Shown piece by piece: positions 1-13,352 of a DNA stretch of 64,000 bases (positions are counted from its first letter, which is position 1; every line of letters starts with the position of its first letter). Made by a program: the position numbers and the translations under genes. Below the pieces are notes generated by a model, which saw nothing but the letters and a program-made list of their open reading frames with translations, did not search any database and was not told where the DNA came from. The stretch covers positions 150,846,001 through 150,910,000 of the forward strand of contig OX597816.1 in NCBI GenBank assembly GCA_951406725.2, written 5' to 3'. This DNA comes from Octopus vulgaris. Lineage: Eukaryota.

Positions 1-173
1 ATCTATATAAAATTCTGTAATTCTTTGGATTTTTTTTTTTGATGTTTCATAGTGAAATGAAGGCATGACAATAATATTTCTAAAACTTACTCTTCTTATA
101 TAAACATGCATCATATGACATTTTATATATATATATATATATAACGGACGTTAAACGACGATGATGATGATGA

Positions 174-213
<40 letters not shown>

Positions 214-3200
214 ATCTCCAGAAAAAACTGTAAATCAAATAAAACTTATTTTTAGTTATGGACATTAATACATAAAGTTTTGTATCCTCCTCTTATAGAT
301 TATGTTGAAAAACCAGAGGGAGGGTGTCATAAAAAAACCTAATTTTGTTTTAAAAAAAAACGAATTTGTGACTTATAAAGTTGATATTCATTTTATTACA
401 GATTCTATTCATAATAATGGAAACTCTTTTGCAGAATTTTCCCATTTGTTTTCTATGTTTGTAACATGGCTACTTCTTATAAATTAACAAATATTTTGTG
501 TATGCAGGATTGTTATTTTAATGTCTATTTTTCCATACGTGGAGTAGTTTTCTACAGCTAGATACCCTTCCTAATGCCACCCCTCATCTGTCTCCAAGTG
601 AAGTGATAATCTCCTAGTCTTTTGAACTATAAGCAACCTGAACTTGATGTGAAGATGTTAAGAACCTTGACACACTTCTGCAGTTGACTGCAAGTAAATT
701 GCACTGTCCTACATTGTTAGGGAGGCCACTGTTTAGTGAACACTGAAAAAGAAGGAAATACAATCTCAATCACACAAACACACATGTGCACATATATATA
801 TATCTGACGGATTTATTTCAGTGTTCATTTACAGAATCTATTTACAAGGTTTTGTTTTCCTAGGGCTATATAATACAAAAGAAGACCAGTATATATATAT
901 ATGTGTGTAAGTGTATTTGTGTTCTGACATTGTGTAATAATTGTAAGATAGCCTCATCGTACAAGCAGTGTCATCCATTTTCATCAGGCATAGGGAAATA
1001 TTACTTTGCTTGGAAATGTGAGGGTCGGTGACAGGAAAGAAAATTTGACATAGAAAATTTGCCTTAACAAATTCTATATGACCTGTGCAAATATGGAAAA
1101 ATGGACATTAAAACAGTGATTATAATATATATGGTAATAATACTTAATTTCTTCTTTTTTGAAACAAAACATTCTCTTTTACTCAAATCCTCCTCATTTT
1201 GCATCTGCCTATCTATACTAGCTTGGCTTGGACAGGTTATTGTGGTTTGAGTACATTACATATTCAGCTAAGATTCTATGACTAGATTTCTTATTTTCAA
1301 ATATGTTATAGGGTGTACTCTATATATTTTATAGTAGCACCAGTACTAAAGTTTGTCACATCCCAAGCAAGATTAGGGTACTCTCTACCCAACATTGTTT
1401 CTGTTTGTTCACTGACATCAGAGAGGTCTCATTCTAGTAAAACTAAAGAGTCCTCTCTTGCATTATCTCTATTCATTTTTTGTTTTTACCCTCTATATTA
1501 CTGAATAGGAAGAGTGTGATAGAAGAAACAATAATAGAAAAGAACCTAATTAAAGAGAAAGGTAGTTGTTGACAAAGAGATTGAATAGATGCAATCTGGA
1601 GCAAGTGCATTGAGAGAGTACAAAGTGAAAGGGTGATAGAAGTGATGGCTGTTGGTAAAAGATTTAATCAGTTTATATGAAGATTTAAGTATAATATTTA
1701 ACATCTCCAATGGATGCATGTTTTGTGAGGTTTGTTCTCTTCACATCACTCTTCACTTCTTCCCATGTCTTCCTCAGTTTCTTTCTGCAGGTTTCACCTA
1801 TTTGGAGCACTTTTAAAAATTTTCTTCATTCATCCTATAAATCTCACATGCCCATTCCACCAGTCTCCTCTTTAGCACACTACATCCCATCTGATTTCCT
1901 CAGTTCATTTGTATTTTGCCTTTCTGCATACTAACTTTATAAAGCCAGCAGAGCATGTCTGCTTCATTTCTTTGTAGCCTTAGCAAATCATCCATGTGCA
2001 ACATTGCAGTGTGTACACAAGCAGCATACACTCTATGCTAAAATTAATGCATGTATAGAGAATTGGTACTAATATTGCTGCTGATTGTTATACTAAGTAT
2101 GGGCAAAGCTACAGTGACAACTGTGACTTCAAATATATTCCTCCTTCACTGGTTTTATTTGTTCTCATTGAAGGTGCTGAGTAGTAGAATTATTAGTGCC
2201 AGATAAAATGGCTTGCTTATCGTTGCTTGGAGGTTGATAATATAAGCAAACAATCTTGTTTGGTCTGATGGTGTGTCCCTTCTCTACAATTTCTACTCTC
2301 AAGACATTTCTTATTCTGGTAACCTAAGGCCACACCTGATTTTGATTACCATTTCAAGCTGTTTCCTTTTCACAAAAGTCATTCATCACAATACTGGTTC
2401 TCTACCAGTATATAAGGGTTAGCTATTCTTAACTTTTGTGCATTGTTAGTACTTTGACCTTCAGCTGTGTGACCTGAATTCACATTGCCTTGCTACTTTA
2501 AACTATCTAATTTAGTTCTCAGCCACCCTGAGTAGGTGAAATGAACATTCTTATATTTGATATGACACACTAAGTATTGTTGCAGTGCATGTGCATGCAT
2601 TTGAGCATTTACATTCAATAGATTAGGCTAAGCTGGGATAGGATTGCATTTTCATCTGTATGCTCTTTAACCCCTGTCACTGCTACAGTATTTGCTCTTT
2701 GCTAAATCTTGTATTTATAGTAGCTAGTACTGCTATCTTGGCATCTTTGATGTTGGTTTGAAGTAGGTACTGTGATTAAACAGTAACTTATAAAACCATA
2801 ACTCCAGTATACATTTAATTCACTGGATCTTCTTCATTTAATGAATTAGTGTCTTTAGAAAATGTTTGGTTGATTTGACCTAACTTGATAAATCTGATGA
2901 ATTGTGGCTATGTAAGAATTAATAGTAAAGATGCCACCATTACCATAGCTCTTAGTTGTACACCTTGATGAAGCTCTATATTTTAATCACCTCAGTCTTC
3001 CTGAAGTTTCTAAGTTCATTGAATTCTCAAAAAAAGTGTTATAAAATGCATCTGCTTAGATTTAACCAAAACTCATCTCATTCATTCTAGCCTTCGAAAA
3101 TGGCTGATAAGCTTTAAAAAGAAATAAAGATTAAAGTTAACTGAACTCATGTAAGTTTATTATGTGGGGTTAGTTCAACAACAGGGATTTTGTTTTTCTG

Positions 3201-3260
3201 ATCTAATATTTTTTGTTCATGTAATTTGTTTTTTTCTTTCTTTTTAATCTGTTTTTATAG

Positions 3261-3354
3261 TAATGGTGATTTCTTCACAATTTTGAATCTTCCTGAGGGA
3301 GAACACCAATACAAATTCTATGTGGATGGTCAATGGATGCATGATCAGAATGAG
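3261..3354 (+). CDS. PRKAB1: AMPK beta subunit, internal exon (carbohydrate-binding module); upstream exons lie outside the window
   Basis: tttatag| acceptor and |gtaatg donor. Translates (S)NGDFFTILNLPEGEHQYKFYVDGQWMHDQNE, matching the AMPK-beta CBM motif LPEGEHQYKFxVDGQW. Confidence 0.95.
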
Positions 3355-3846
3355 GTAATGTTCTATTTAAATTGTAAAGATTGATTTTAGTTATATTGAA
3401 ATTTAGTATGGTAGTTATTGTTTAGCCCTTAGTCAACCCTGACTGAACTTATTATCAAAGGTATTCCAGACATGATCATTTTTCTTTTTTTCTTTCAGGC
3501 ATTATCTAATGTGCCTTGCCTTTTTGTAAAAAAACAAAAGATGGATGGGGTTTGAGGGATTCGGTTGTGAAATTCATGATGTTGAGTGGCCAGGTTTAAG
3601 TAGTGATTGTTTTCTTTATTTTGTTTTAATTTCATTTCAGGATTATTTCTTCCAATTTGAAATATTGTTGGAGATAACTGAGATTGTAGCATTCTAGTTG
3701 AGATGCTTTATAGTATCTAGTTTAGTACCTCATACTGTGTTAAAATTCCAGCTGATTAAATTTTATCTTCTCTTCAAGATCTAGTAATATACTGGGGTTA
3801 TTCAATCAACCAAATATCTTTCTTCAACCAAAATTGATTTTGTATT

Positions 3847-4027
3847 CTTTTACTTGTTTCAGTCATTTGACTGTGGCCATGCTGGAGCACTGCCTTTAGT
3901 TGAAGAAATTGATCCCAGGATTTATTCTTTTTAAACCTAGTACTTACTAAGAAATACTAGGCCTCTTTTGCTGAACCTTTAAGTTTCGGGGACGTAAAGA
4001 TGCCATCATCGGTTGTCAAGTGATGGC

Positions 4028-4068
<41 letters not shown>

Positions 4069-4215
4069 ATGGGTTTCTTTGTTTCCATTTACCAAATCCA
4101 CTCCCAAGGTTTTGGTTGGCCTGAAGTTATAGAAGACTCTTTCCTAAGGTGCCACATAGTGGGTCTGAACTTGGAACCATGTGGCTGGGAAGCAAGCTTT
4201 TTACCACACAGCCAC
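3847..4215 (-). mobile_element. tRNA-derived SINE, family A, with internal (CA)n
   Basis: Same sequence as the copies at 36345-36700, 44935-45315 and 55408-55817. tRNA-like head on the - strand. Confidence 0.8.
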
Positions 4216-5285
4216 TTTTTATTATTCAGGAGTAAACAGTAATGGTTGAGTGTTGGGCTCTGTGCTTTGCATTATTTCCTTACACACCTTATGCTCTGAG
4301 GTCAAATTCTCTACCTAGTGAAATCACAGGTACTAGAAATATATTGGAGTTGCTTCTGTCAGATTGTCCCCAACAAAATTTCGCCTTATACCTTGTCAAT
4401 AACTATTTGTTATTGACCAGTACTATTCTATAGGATTGAATTCTGGCAAGACTGTGGCTTAGTTTTAGTATGGCACTTCAGAAAAGGCTTGAGGAATAAA
4501 AACTAAGATCACATGCAACATATAATGAATATTCCTTTACAAATGAGAAGCCTTATTTGCAATTGAGCAAGTCAACTCACATGTCCATCATTTTGTGGAC
4601 TCAATAGTCCACTTCTTTTTACAGCAATAAATATTAGTTTTATTGTGCAGTAACTCCTTATAGCTGTAATTAATTCTATCACTCTGTGAAACCTACTAAC
4701 CTGTAAGTGTATCTGGGTTATCTAAAAATCATCTTGACCATAAACCAAACAGTACTCGTCACAGTATCAGAGCTGTTGTTCTCTAGACATTCTATCAGGT
4801 ATGATAATGTTTATATGAATGTTGTTCTGCAGCCCTTAGTCAACTCTGTCTGTTTCTACAGACCTATGGCAGGCAGGTTGTTTACCAAACAACTAGGCAT
4901 GTGTAGTTCTATAAAGGTGTTTCTTTTTTTATAGTCTATTAATATTGAATTTAAAATTTTTTTAATGTTATGTTTACAGGCTTATTTTGTATTGAAATAA
5001 TGTGATTTTTTTTAACAAAAGTATTTTGTGAGGCTTTGATGGGAGATAATAATATTCTGAAATGTTATGTGAAGTTTTTGTAATTATTGTCTGAAATTTA
5101 TGTATGTTTTGGAAAATATATTGTTGAAAATGTTTTTTAAACAGTTATTGCTTCTGTCCACAATATAGTGTTGACACTCATAAAAAATTATTCTGTGACA
5201 AATCCTTGTTTAAACAGTATTTAAGCCCTGACTGTTGTCTTTTGTAGTCTCTTCTGTTCAGAATTTTGTGTGGTATCTGTTGTAA

Positions 5286-5431
5286 TGATATGAAACTAAA
5301 TATACTTAGTTTCATATTGTTAAATACACTGTCGCGGATAAAAGGTGGTCGGCTTGGTGATTAGTGGGGGTGACAGTCGAATAGACAACCAATCACTCTG
5401 CATCACGTTATTGGAGTGCTTGTATGGCACA
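5286..5431 (+). repeat. 5' LTR
   Basis: Ungapped match to 8579-8724 (123/146 identical by hand count). Followed by tgatgacagtggt at 5435-5447, a degenerate tRNA-Leu-type primer binding site (cf. TGGTGGCAGCGGT). Confidence 0.85.
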
Positions 5432-8400
5432 ATATGATGACAGTGGTAAAATAAGATAAATATATCAAATCAAAACTCGGATTACCAACATGTAAGGTAA
5501 TGAAATTAATTACAATACATTATGATCATGTCGTGGATCAAAGGCCTGAAAGAAACATACCCAATTCTTTTCGACAGCCTGGGTAACTTCAAAGAACCTG
5601 CACAACTATACATAAAAGCAAGCTCGGAACCCTTCATTGACCTACCTCGGAAATGCTCAGTTCATCTGAAAAATCTCACGATTGATCTCCAGAAGATGGA
5701 AGAAATGGAGGTCATCAAGCCTGTGAAACAACATACAGATTGATGTTCAAGCATGGCATATTCTGTAAAAAAAGATGGATCACTTTGCATTTGCATCGAC
5801 CCACAAAAACTTAATCAAGCACTGAAAAGATGCCCCCACAAAATCCCAATGGTGGAAGAGGTGAACCCTCACTTTGCTGGTTCTGGCATATTCAACAAAC
5901 TAGATGTAAAAGCAGGATACTGGTCAGTTCATCTGGATGAAGAGAGTCAGCTGCTCACAACCTTCAGGACCCCATTTGGAAGATATTGTTGGACTAGATT
6001 GCCATTTGGTCTAAAGGTATCTCAAGATATCTTTCAAGTTAGAATGGACGAAATCATTGAAGAACTCCCAGGGGCTGTTGGAATAACCGATGACATTGCT
6101 GTTCATGGCAAAGACAAAGAAGAGCATGACAGAAATCTACAAAGACTCATGGATAAAGCTAAAGAATCTGGATCGGTGACAAATGCCACATTTGTCAACC
6201 TGAAATCTCTTTTTTTTAAAAAATGTTTATATGTTTATTCCAAAGAAGGCATCAGGGCAGACCCAGCAAAAGCTTGTGACATTTAAAACATGCTTGTTCC
6301 AGAAAACAAGGAAGAGCTGCAAAAATTCTTGGGAATGATGAATTACTTTCCAACATTCATTCCAAACTTCAGCATGTAAGCACAACTATTCAGGGACCTC
6401 CTCAAGAAAAATATACTATTTGAGCTGTCTGAAGACTACATACACTGCTTTGGAAAACTTAAACCAACCATTTCAGAGAAATCAAACCTCAGGTTCTTTG
6501 ACCCACAGAAGCCAACAGGATTCAAGGTAGACAGCTCTTTGAAAGGACTTGGAGCAGCTGTCATACAAGATGGCAAACCTGTGGCATTTTCATTGAAAGT
6601 AACTCAGTTAAACTACCCAAACATTGATCATGAAATGCTGGCTGTGGTATTCGGAATCACCTGTTTCCACACATTCCTTTATGGACTTCCATTTGAAGTC
6701 ATCACAGACCACAAACCCCTGGAGGTGATCACAGAAAAACCCCTTCTTCGAGCACCACCCTGACGACAAAGGATGCTCCAGAAAATTCAGGGATATTTCA
6801 AAATCAAATACTGCCCAGGGCTTACCATGACATTGGCCAACACCCTCTCTCACCTCCCAAGTTGTGAAGACAATGAAGACATTGACCTGAACTTGAGAGT
6901 AGATGGGATCGAATTGACTGCTGGAGAAGTCCACCAATCTGAATTTGACCGTGTCAATTTTTTCATCAACAAACATTACCAACTGCGTCAGTTCACCAAC
7001 AGAGATTCTACTTTGGCTACACTGATGGAAACAATCACCTATGGGTGGCCAGACAACATCAAACACGTCCCAGATGATATAAAGGCATACAGGTCTTTTC
7101 AAGATGATTTGGCTGTAGAAGGTGGAATCCTCTTTGAAGGGACACAACTGTTGATATCTTCTCTACAACATGACATTCTAGTATAGCTCCATGCCTCTTA
7201 TCAAAGGATAGAAAAGACCAAACTTCCACACATACCTTTATGAACTTCCATTTGAAGTCATCACAGACCACAAACCCCTGGAGGTGATCACAGAAAGACC
7301 CCTTCTTCGAGCACCACCCTGACTACAAAGGATGTTTGTCCAACAGACACTTGAAAGCGTCTGTTGGACAAACATCAAAAAAATGTGCAGATTCTGTCAA
7401 ATATGCTAAGAATATGCAACTGTCAACAACAAAGAACCACTGATACTGCATGACATTTTCAGTGCACCATGGAAAAAACTAGGAATAGATCTATTTGAAA
7501 TCAACAGTAAAACTTATCTGCTTGTTTGTGACTACCTCTCCAAATTTCCAATTGTGACTCACCTCAGCCAAACCACAAGCAAAGCAGTTACAGAGGAATT
7601 CAAAAAGACTCTCTCTTCGGCAGACCTGATAAAATTTTCAGCGACAATTGTCCTCAATTTACTGGAAAACCATTTCAACAATTCACACAGAAATGGGGAA
7701 GTCAACACACTATATCATCACCAAGGTACCCCTAATCAAACGGATTCATAGAGACAAGTACTGACAATTAAAAAGACAATCCAAAAATCTGAACAAAACT
7801 AAGAAGACGTAAACAGTGCATTGTTGAATCTAAGAGCCACACCATTAAACTCAAAGATGCCGTCACCTGCTGAGATCCTATTGAGCATACCAACCACAAC
7901 ACTTGTGCCATTACGCTGGAGCTATTCTCATGAAACTCAAAGACAGAAAACTTCTTGAAGAAAATACAAATGAAAACTGCACATGACAAGCATGCAAAGA
8001 TGGACCTACCTCCATTGCACAAAGGACAAGCTGTACAAGTCCTTGATAAAAGCAACAAACGTTGGATACCTGAAGAAATAGCAAGACAATGTAAAGAACT
8101 GAGGTCTTACATTGTAGAAACAATACATGGAGATTTGCAGAGAAACAGAAGGGAACTGAGAGATACTGGAATAGGCATAGACAGACAGTATGAACAGACT
8201 ACTGAGATGGAAATGTCTGCTAGATCGCCCAACAGTATAGACAACTGTCCAACAGACCCTACATACTCCATGGAAAATGTTATTCAACTTGACTCAAAGA
8301 GAGAAATCACAAATTCTCCACCTGATAACAATGCAAAATCATAAAATAATGGCCAGATGCATGAGAAATGCTCAACACCAACCCCCAAAATAAACACAAG

Positions 8401-8578
8401 ATCAGGCAGAACAATGAAAACACTGGAGTGCTACAAAAACTTTGTACCATAAAACTTATGTTATTTGAAGTGCATGGTGCATATTGCTCTTGCAACAAGT
8501 TTTTTTTTCTTTCTTTGAGGGAGAAGAAACCCTATTTTCATTTGTCATTTTTATTAGTTTGTGAATTGCTTAAAGAAA

Positions 8579-8724
8579 TGATACGAAACTAAATGTACTT
8601 AGTTTTGCATTGTTAAATACGCTGTCATGGATAAAAGGCAGTCAGCTTGGTGGCTAGTGGGGACAGCAGTCGAATAGACAACCAACCACTCTGCATTGCA
8701 TTATTGAAGTGCTTATATGGCACA
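8579..8724 (+). repeat. 3' LTR
   Basis: Direct repeat of 5286-5431, preceded by a short purine run (aaagaaa). No clear target-site duplication. Confidence 0.85.
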
Positions 8725-9433
8725 ATCATTTTCATGTGTACACTTTTCTGCTTGCATAAGTCAAGCATAACTATGTTGAAGCAGAGTTTTTCTGTGGCTG
8801 GACGCTCTTCTTGTTGCCAATTCCCATTTGTTTCGACTTGAGATAATTATCTTCCAGACAACTGAATGGCATACATGATGTTTATATGGAGAAATAGAAA
8901 CACAGGATACTTGATGAACAAACCTTTTGCTTACAAAGATCACACAACATGTCTAAAAGCCTAGATGTGTTCTTGTGACTGCAAGCAAATGACACTACTA
9001 ACAAAGATATTATTTACAATCAGTGAATAAATACATGTAAACAAGGAAATATGCACGCAACACTTATCTGACCAGTTTCTGTATACCAAATCAGGAGGCT
9101 TTAATTAACCTGGGGCTATGATAGAAGACACATCCTTGATATGCCATTTGGTTGGGAAGCAAGCTTCTGAACCACACAGCCATATTCACAGGATAGATTT
9201 TAAAGGAGATTTTGCTGAAGTTGGAGGCTTTTTTGTTGAGTCTACCAATATGATTTAGTTTTGTAAGTTTAAAAATCATAGTTTTCAAGCAGCACATAAT
9301 TTTATCTTTATATGCTCAGATAGGTAGTTTTAAATGTGCATATTTTGTAACTTTTTATTACCTAAAGAGGATTTTTTGGCCATCGTTAACTGATCAAATT
9401 TTTTCTTTTTCTTCTTTTTTTTTTTACTTTCAG

Positions 9434-9551
9434 CCGACAGTTCCAAACGCAATGGGGACATTGAATAATGTGGTAGTTGTTAACAAAAGTGATTTTGAAG
9501 TATTTGAAGCCCTGGCAATTGACAGTGAAAATTCTGGTAATAAAAGAAAAA
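9434..9551 (+). CDS. PRKAB1: AMPK beta subunit exon
   Basis: Polypyrimidine-cag acceptor and gtaagt donor. Translates PTVPNAMGTLNNVVVVNKSDFEVFEALAIDSENSGNKRK (GTxNN and DFEVFxAL motifs). Phase 0 to 1. Confidence 0.95.
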
Positions 9552-10380
9552 GTAAGTACTTTCTATGTTTTTGTTATAGCAGTTGACTGCTGGTTTAGTT
9601 CAATTAGTAGTCATTAGAAATTTTCTAATTATTAGGTTGTTTAATTATCTTGTTTTTTACCTGGAATACAAACTGTCCAATAGAGAACTAAGCTTCTCAA
9701 TAAGAATGTATGCTGGACATCTTGCTCTTTAGCTGGTGACTTAAACCAAAACTTATAAAGAGTCCTTGCTTCAATAATTGGACTCAACATGTGTTAAGGA
9801 AGAGAAATAATACATCCAGAGCTTGAGCAGGTTGCTTTCCTTCTTTTACATTATGGATTAACAATTGTATGTATTTTCTTTTATGTTATAGTTTGTTTTG
9901 ATCTGCAATGCAGCCTCTCTCCATTTCTCAGATCTTGATTTTCTGTCATCTTATTTGTAAGGCTTAGTGTTCTAGGCAATGGTAATTCTTTAATTCTTTG
10001 CTTTTCACCTTTATTAATGAAATCTATTCTAATTATCAGTGACATTAAAAACTGCTAACATTTTATACAGCAGCCTGCAGTGAAAGTTGTTGCTAAACAT
10101 TCGAGGACTTGCTATGGTTTGGCCTCATTTTGTAAATTTTTGTTGGATAATTTATTTTAATGTACTTTTCTAGACTTATCTATTTAGGGTTTATATAAGT
10201 GAAAAGCACACCTAAAATTAGTTGAAATGAAGCATGAGGGAAGACAAACCTTGAATTCAAGGATGAAACATTAAGCTAATGGTGTTTTTAGAACTTAAAT
10301 GAAATGATGTTGCTTCTCTTATTTTACTGATAAAATTTTTTACTTTAGAATTTACATAAATTTTTTGCTGTCTAAATCAG

Positions 10381-10514
10381 ATGATGTTGCTGGTTCCCCA
10401 TCAGGTGATTATGGTCAAGAAATACCTCCACGGCGGTCAGATAAAATAGCTGGTCCACCTTTCATTCCTCCTCATTTACTGCAAGTAATTTTGAATAAAG
10501 ATACTCCTGCCCAT
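10381..10514 (+). CDS. PRKAB1: AMPK beta subunit exon
   Basis: tcag| acceptor and |gtaagt donor. Translates (N)DVAGSPSGDYGQEIPPRRSDKIAGPPFIPPHLLQVILNKDTPAH (PPHLLQVILNKD motif). Phase 1 to 0. Confidence 0.95.
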
Positions 10515-12139
10515 GTAAGTAACACTGTTTATTTCTTTGAGTTGTTTCAAAAGACTGAAGGTGATGAACTCTCATCACATTCTTTTATCAATTATTGATT
10601 TAGGGATATTAACCAATAAAGACAGCAAGGTGCTTGAAGCATTTGGATTTGAGGTTAAGTTAATTTCAGATAAGTTTTCAATTGTGGGCTCCTTGACTGT
10701 AGCATAGAAAAGACAGAGAAAGAGCAACTGTGAGTCTAGCATGGAAAATGTTTAACAGAACTTTCTTTATAAAGTTGATATTCTTATGAATGTAGTCCAG
10801 ATGATCAAATAAGTTTTGTGATATTGCATATTTGATGATTCAAAAATAAGGTATATTTAGTGTTTGTAGAGGTCATTACTGGAGTATTATTATGGAATTA
10901 TATGGTTGTTGCTGGAGTAGTATTATCTGTAACAAGGCAGACCTACTCTTTGAGATATTAATGTTTGAATTTGTATGACAGTAAATGCTATCAGGTTAAA
11001 AGCTACTATTAAATGCTATAGTTGTCTTGGAGAAAACTGTTTTTGCTGATTAAAGAAAAGGATAATTAGTGAAAGACATTTGATATGTAAAGTATAATCA
11101 TTAGAATTGATGGAAACTAGTGTTGGTTTCCATTGACAGGTAAATAAAATAGAAACAAAATGAGGTATGATAGTTGACTGTATCATAACTAATTTGTTTT
11201 TGTTTAACAAAGCAATAAATTTAATAAATAATTTTACAGTTTCAACTACAGCAATATACAAAAATCTATCCATGGTACAATTTACTATGTATGCATGTAT
11301 GTTTGTGGCTCTGCATCTTTACATTGACACTGCTCAGTTGGTGGTTGTAATATGTCTCTTACAAACGAAAAAAGTCTGGCAGTTTATCAGTTCATGTGAT
11401 GTTGTGGAATAAAGTACTTTACATGAAAATGATTAAGTGCCATGATGAGAAAAGTCATCTGACTGTAGAGTATCACTTATATGATTTTTGTGTAGCCCAG
11501 TTTTGCGTCAGAAAAAAACTTAAAAATTGAACATGAGTGGGACCACTAAACAGGACTTGGCATTTGCTTAGAGGTTTGCAGAAATGGTTGCATTGTATAT
11601 ATTTTCCCAGGTCAATTGGTTCTGAAGAAGAGATTCTTAAATTTGCATACCATGCTTAGTTTATATTTTATCAGGTTAATGTTTGCCATGGGGTACATTA
11701 TTAGAAAGACACTGCATGTCCTATTTTGAAGTACATTGCAACCAAAAGCTTCAGATTTGAAATGATTTTGGTGTGTAGTCTTTATTTTGAATGCCAGGTT
11801 GCCATCACCTGATGTATAATTTTCTTTATATAGTTTATTTGGGAAAAATCAAACTAGTAGTCTCTGTTCAACTTATTACAAATAACCTGATTTGAATTCA
11901 GTGTTGTATATAATGAAGGACTTGTTATAGTTTTCTAGTTATTTGAATGTAACTATGGCCACTTTGTAGGACTGATGGTAGGATATGAACTGGCTTGTCA
12001 TGCAGTTTAATAAATATTATTATATTCACTTGGGATCCTTCACATTCTGAAATTTCTATCAATAGACAAGCCAAGTTGCCTGTGGAACCAATAATCACCT
12101 TAAGCATGCAGAATCACATGCAAACAAATAGAAAGTATG

Positions 12140-13062
12140 CATCATCATCATTTAACGTCCAATGTCCATGCTGGCATGGGTTGGACAGTTTGGGCTGGCA
12201 CACTGAAAGGCTGCGCCAGACTCGTCTGATTTGGCATGGTTTTCTATGGCTGGATGCCATGGTATCTGCCATGACTGCGATTTTGCTCAGCTTGAGGGGG
12301 TCTTCTTCTCCAGCATGACATAATGCCAAAGGTCTTGATCATTGCCCTTATGAGATCCAACACTTGAAAGGAACTCAGCCACTTTGCCTCTGTGAAGCCA
12401 AATGCTCAAAAGGAACTCAACCACCTTGCCTCCATGAGGTTCAACACTCAAAAGGAACTCAGCCATTTTACCTCTTTGAGGCCGAATGCTCGAGAGGAAC
12501 TCAGCCACTTCGCTTCTGTGAGGCCGAATGCTCGAGAGGAAGTCAGCCACTTTGCCTCTGTGAGGCCCAACATTCGAAAGATATTTTTTACATGCACCAG
12601 CATGGGTGAACTTGGCTTGATATGTCTTCTCAAGCATAGCACATCGCCAAAGTTCTTGGTCATCAGTCATTGTTTGAAGATCATGCTTCACCACTTCATC
12701 CCATGTCTTCCTGGGTCTACCTCTACCACAGGTTCCCCCCACAGTTAGAGATTTGCACTTCTTTATACAGCCGTCCTCATCTATACACATCACATGACCA
12801 TACCAGTGCAGTTGTCTCTTTTGCACATCACATCTGATTCCTCTTATACTTAACTTTTCTCTCAAGATGCTTGCACTTTGTTGAACATGCACACTGACAT
12901 TGCACATCCCGTGAAGCATACTGGTTTCATTTCTTTCAAGCCTACTCATGTCCTCGACTGTCATAGCCCATGTTTCACTGCCTTACAGCATAGCTGTTTG
13001 CACACAGGCATCAAACAATCTGCCTTCCAATCTGAGAGAGAGGCCCTTTGTTGCCAGCAGGG
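12140..13062 (-). mobile_element. RTE-clade LINE 3' fragment (RT C-terminus plus 3' UTR with (GAT)n tail)
   Basis: ORF 12287-12964 contains RLERNETSML...LHWYGHV...GRGRPRKTW, typical of the RTE RT C-terminus. Ends in the family tail atggaaaatggacgttaaatgatgatg-like. Confidence 0.8.
12369..12578. repeat. 42-bp tandem repeat, about 5 units, inside the RTE fragment
   Basis: Unit aggaactcagccactttgcctctgtgaagccaaatgctcaaa starts at 12369, 12411, 12453, 12495 and 12537. Confidence 0.85.
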
Positions 13063-13283
13063 GTTATTTACAATCAATGATGTATTTACAATATATAATA
13101 TCCATTATATACAATATGTTTAGTAATTGTGTCATACCTTTTTATAATGCAAATATCTTTATGGGACTGCTGACCATTTATTCGATGTTCCAAAACCCTA
13201 TTATTGAGTGCTGTCAGCAACATATAAATTAATATCAGTTAATTTATTTGACATTATTGTATTTTCCTTTCCTTTCTTTACAG

Positions 13284-13352
13284 TGTGAACCAATACTTTT
13301 ACCTGAGCCCAACCATGTTATGCTAAATCATTTGTACGCTTTATCAATTAAG
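13284..13352 (+). CDS. PRKAB1: AMPK beta subunit exon (alpha/gamma-binding domain)
   Basis: ttacag| acceptor and |gtaaat donor. Translates CEPILLPEPNHVMLNHLYALSIK. Confidence 0.96.

Larger units (their letters stand above)
5286..8724 (+). mobile_element. Decayed Ty3/Gypsy LTR retrotransposon (RT-RNaseH-integrase remnants, gag absent) in an AMPK-beta intron
   Basis: Two 146-bp TG...CA LTRs. Interrupted pol with RT motifs (LDVKAGYW, RLPFGL, ITDDIAV), RNaseH (DHEMLAVVFG, TDHKPL) and integrase zinc-finger/core remnants in Gypsy order. Many stops and frameshifts. Confidence 0.9.

Noticed and set aside
6608-7147. 179-aa - strand ORF
   Set aside because: Antisense shadow of the Gypsy pol remnant.
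12369-12578. CRISPR-like array
   Set aside because: Contiguous tandem units without unique spacers, in a eukaryotic LINE context, with no cas genes.
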